A stretch of 64,000 nt of DNA from an uncultured Moraxella sp. (GTDB lineage Bacteria; Pseudomonadota; Gammaproteobacteria; Pseudomonadales; Moraxellaceae): the NCBI GenBank assembly GCA_943908425.1, contig CALTTC010000003.1:40661-104660 (forward strand), read 5' to 3'. Under the pieces are notes generated by a model. The model was not told the origin of the DNA and did not search any database. It saw only the letters and a list, made by a program, of their open reading frames with translations. The first letter of the stretch is position 1. Each line of letters opens with the position of its first letter. A program made the translations under genes and the position numbers. Positions 61,740 to 64,000 of the stretch are shown in pieces.

Positions 61740-63005
61740 TTAAAGTGGCTTTTGGGTGTGATGTTGTGCCATTTGTTCTGCCATTGCAATCGCTGATGCT
61801 AAGCTTTGATGGCTTGTCTGCCCTGTTCCTGCCAAATCAAAAGCAGTGCCGTGGTCCACAGACGTGCGAATGTAAGGCAACCCCAAAGTGATATTGACCG
61901 TCTCGCCAAAACCGTGCGATTTTAAGGGGGCAAGCCCTTGGTCGTGATACATCGCAATAATCACATCACACGTCGCCAAATGCTTGGGAGTAAATAGCGT
62001 GTCGGCAGGCATCGCAAGAGAAATGTCCACACCTTTTTGTTGAAACGCTTGTAGCACTGGATTGATAATATACGTCTCTTCTGTCCCCAAATGCCCGCTC
62101 TCGCCTGCGTGCGGATTTAATCCACATACCAAAATTTTAGGGGCTAACAGCCCAAATTTGGTTTGTAATTCAGTCAGTAAAATATTCACCGTGCTTGCTA
62201 TATTTTGCTTGGTGATGGCATCTGGTACTTGGCGTAACGGCAAATGAGTCGTAACCAACGCCACTTTCATTACCTGATTGGCAAGCATCATCACCACCTT
62301 ATCCAAGCCACAAGCGTGCATAAAATACTCGGTATGCCCCGAAAATGGACCGCCATCAATCAGCACTCCGCCATCAATCAGCACCGATTTGGCAAGCGGT
62401 GCGGTAACAATCGCTGACACCCAAGCCCTGCTTGCCAAGCAATGAGCAATGGTTAATTGTGTTGCCACCATTGTTGCATTTAAAGGATTTGGTTGTCCTG
62501 CAATCACCCAAGTATTGCTTGGTACATCAATCACATACAAACAAGGTTTACCCAAATCACATTGGCTAAGTGCTGTCTGTAAGCAATTATTAAAGTCATT
62601 GGCGTTACTGTCATCAGTACTAACCTGAGTGGCGTTATCGGCAAGACTATCATCAGCAATACAGTCATCAGTAACACAATTATCGGCTACAATATCAGCA
62701 AGGCTCAAGTCTAATTTTTGCAAGGCAATACTGCAGTTCACTCCTAAGCTTAGCAGGGTATTTTGTCGTGCCACAAGGCTTGCAAAACACGCGGTAACCA
62801 CCACTGGCACGCCGTTATTTGTTTGTTGCTTGATTGCTTGATTGCTTGTTGCCGGATTGCTTGATTGCTTGTTGCTGATGGTTTGCTTGGCTAATGATGG
62901 TTTTGCACGGCTTGCCCACGACAACACAATATCCATACCAATGCCTGCAGGCTCACCTGTGGTAATTAAAATGGGGGCTTTGGAGCGATAAAAGGCATCT
63001 GCCAT
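61740..63005 (-). CDS. pdxA: 4-hydroxythreonine-4-phosphate dehydrogenase PdxA carrying several low-complexity in-frame insertions
   Basis: PdxA motifs TTGEPAGIG, GHTEYF, VVMMLAN..KVALVTTHLPLR, ILVCGLNPHAGE and MYHDQGL. About 90 extra residues sit in S/N/Q/D-rich inserts encoded by repetitive DNA. Confidence 0.85.
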   Translation of the reverse strand: MADAFYRSKAPILITTGEPAGIGMDIVLSWASRAKPSLAKQTISNKQSSNPATSNQAIKQQTNNGVPVVVTACFASLVARQNTLLSLGVNCSIALQKLDLSLADIVADNCVTDDCIADDSLADNATQVSTDDSNANDFNNCLQTALSQCDLGKPCLYVIDVPSNTWVIAGQPNPLNATMVATQLTIAHCLASRAWVSAIVTAPLAKSVLIDGGVLIDGGPFSGHTEYFMHACGLDKVVMMLANQVMKVALVTTHLPLRQVPDAITKQNIASTVNILLTELQTKFGLLAPKILVCGLNPHAGESGHLGTEETYIINPVLQAFQQKGVDISLAMPADTLFTPKHLATCDVIIAMYHDQGLAPLKSHGFGETVNITLGLPYIRTSVDHGTAFDLAGTGQTSHQSLASAIAMAEQMAQHHTQKPL

Positions 63006-63077
63006 AAATATTTCCTTTGGTTTTTCTTGTAAAATTTGCTACACTTATCATAACATATCTTTGCCCAAAAAACCCCA

Positions 63078-64000
63078 ATGAGCCAAGCCACCGCCATCAA
63101 AGCCCATCTAACCGAGCAAGAACCGCCCCACAATTTGGCGATGGAGCAAGCCCTGCTTTGTGCGCTGATGAACCACGAAGAATCGTTTGAAGAAATTGCT
63201 GAGATTATCCGCGCTGAGGATTTTTATGGCGAGCGCCACAAGATTATCTTTGACAGCATCGCCCACTTAGCACGCACCAATAATCCTTACGACACCTTAA
63301 GCGTTTTTGAGCAATTAGAACGCCAAAGAAAAACCGAAGACGCTGGCGGTGATAGCTATTTTTTGGAGATTGAACGCAGTGCCGGCACGCGTTACAATCT
63401 AAAATTCTATGCCGAAAAAGTGCACGAACTTGCCACTTATCGCAAACTTATTACGACCGCCAATGACATTTTGGCAATGGCACACCACCCCAAAAAACAA
63501 ACGCTTGGCGAAATCTTAGACCGCGCCGAGGCACAGATTTTTGCCATTAACGAGGCGCGCAACAGAAACACAGGCACCCAAGGTCTAAAAAAAGGCGATG
63601 ACATACTACAAACCGTGACAGAGCTGTTAGAAGAATTACGAGAGCGTCCCGACGATGCGCTACTTGGTCTTGACACAGGTTTTGAAGAATTAAACAACAA
63701 AACCCAAGGTTTACAAAAAGGCGATTTGGTGGTGCTCGCTGCCCGCCCCTCCATGGGCAAAACCGCCCTTGCCATCAATATCACCCAAAGCGCCCTATAC
63801 AACAAATCATCGGTCATGTTTTTTTCTATGGAGATGAGTGCCGAGGCGATTGTTATGCGTTTGTTGTCGGCGTGGAGCGGTGTCAATCACTCCAATTTAC
63901 GAAGTGGCAAAATGTCCCCTGATGAATGGGCAAAGTTTAATAATGGCGCAACGCTCCTTGCCGACAGTAAACTCTACATTGATGACCGCAACAACCTATC
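63078..64000 (+). CDS. dnaB: Replicative DNA helicase DnaB (N-terminal domain and start of the RecA-like domain). The 3' end lies beyond the window.
   Basis: DnaB N-terminus PPHNLAMEQALLCALM and Walker A AARPSMGKTALAINI. The frame is open to the window end. Confidence 0.9.
   Translation, partial: MSQATAIKAHLTEQEPPHNLAMEQALLCALMNHEESFEEIAEIIRAEDFYGERHKIIFDSIAHLARTNNPYDTLSVFEQLERQRKTEDAGGDSYFLEIERSAGTRYNLKFYAEKVHELATYRKLITTANDILAMAHHPKKQTLGEILDRAEAQIFAINEARNRNTGTQGLKKGDDILQTVTELLEELRERPDDALLGLDTGFEELNNKTQGLQKGDLVVLAARPSMGKTALAINITQSALYNKSSVMFFSMEMSAEAIVMRLLSAWSGVNHSNLRSGKMSPDEWAKFNNGATLLADSKLYIDDRNNL

Noticed and set aside
1-64000. Scanned for CRISPR arrays, integrases, transposases and IS inverted repeats
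   Set aside because: No regularly spaced direct repeats with unique spacers are present. No tyrosine/serine recombinase or DDE transposase signatures were found in any frame.

Overview
Chromosomal segment of a gamma-proteobacterium, probably Moraxellaceae (Psychrobacter/Moraxella/Acinetobacter-like). The guess rests on gene content and order: an accC fragment; cvpA-purF; pyrD; sixA; gpsA; the zapA/UPF0149 neighbourhood; pyrB with a pyrC-like partner; fbp; htpX; a fimU-pilVWX-pilY1-pilE minor-pilin operon followed by comF; lptD-surA next to amgK-murU; a tRNA-Val/tRNA-Asp pair; and apaH-rsmA-pdxA-dnaB. About 50 CDS, mostly housekeeping, at roughly 43-47% GC by eye.

Features that stand out:
- A compact, very AT-rich (about 28% GC) restriction-modification pair (candidate endonuclease plus beta-class N6/N4 DNA methyltransferase) wedged between zapE and a nitroreductase gene. 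The methyltransferase ORF carries an A9 homopolymer.
- A divergent ClpX-family AAA+ ATPase paralog just downstream of miaB. It lacks the N-terminal zinc-binding domain, has a non-canonical pore loop and a unique acidic C-terminal domain, and is broken by two poly-A frameshifts and an in-frame TAG.
- A tolC-hlyB-hlyD RTX-type type I secretion operon with no substrate gene in the window.
- A 1.1-kb AT-rich, ORF-poor block with decayed reading-frame fragments directly 3' of tRNA-Asp.
- Many short tandem duplications and low-complexity in-frame insertions inside otherwise conserved genes (pdxA, an alpha/beta hydrolase, zapA, lptD, gpsA, yihY) and in intergenic regions.

No CRISPR array, integrase or transposase is visible.
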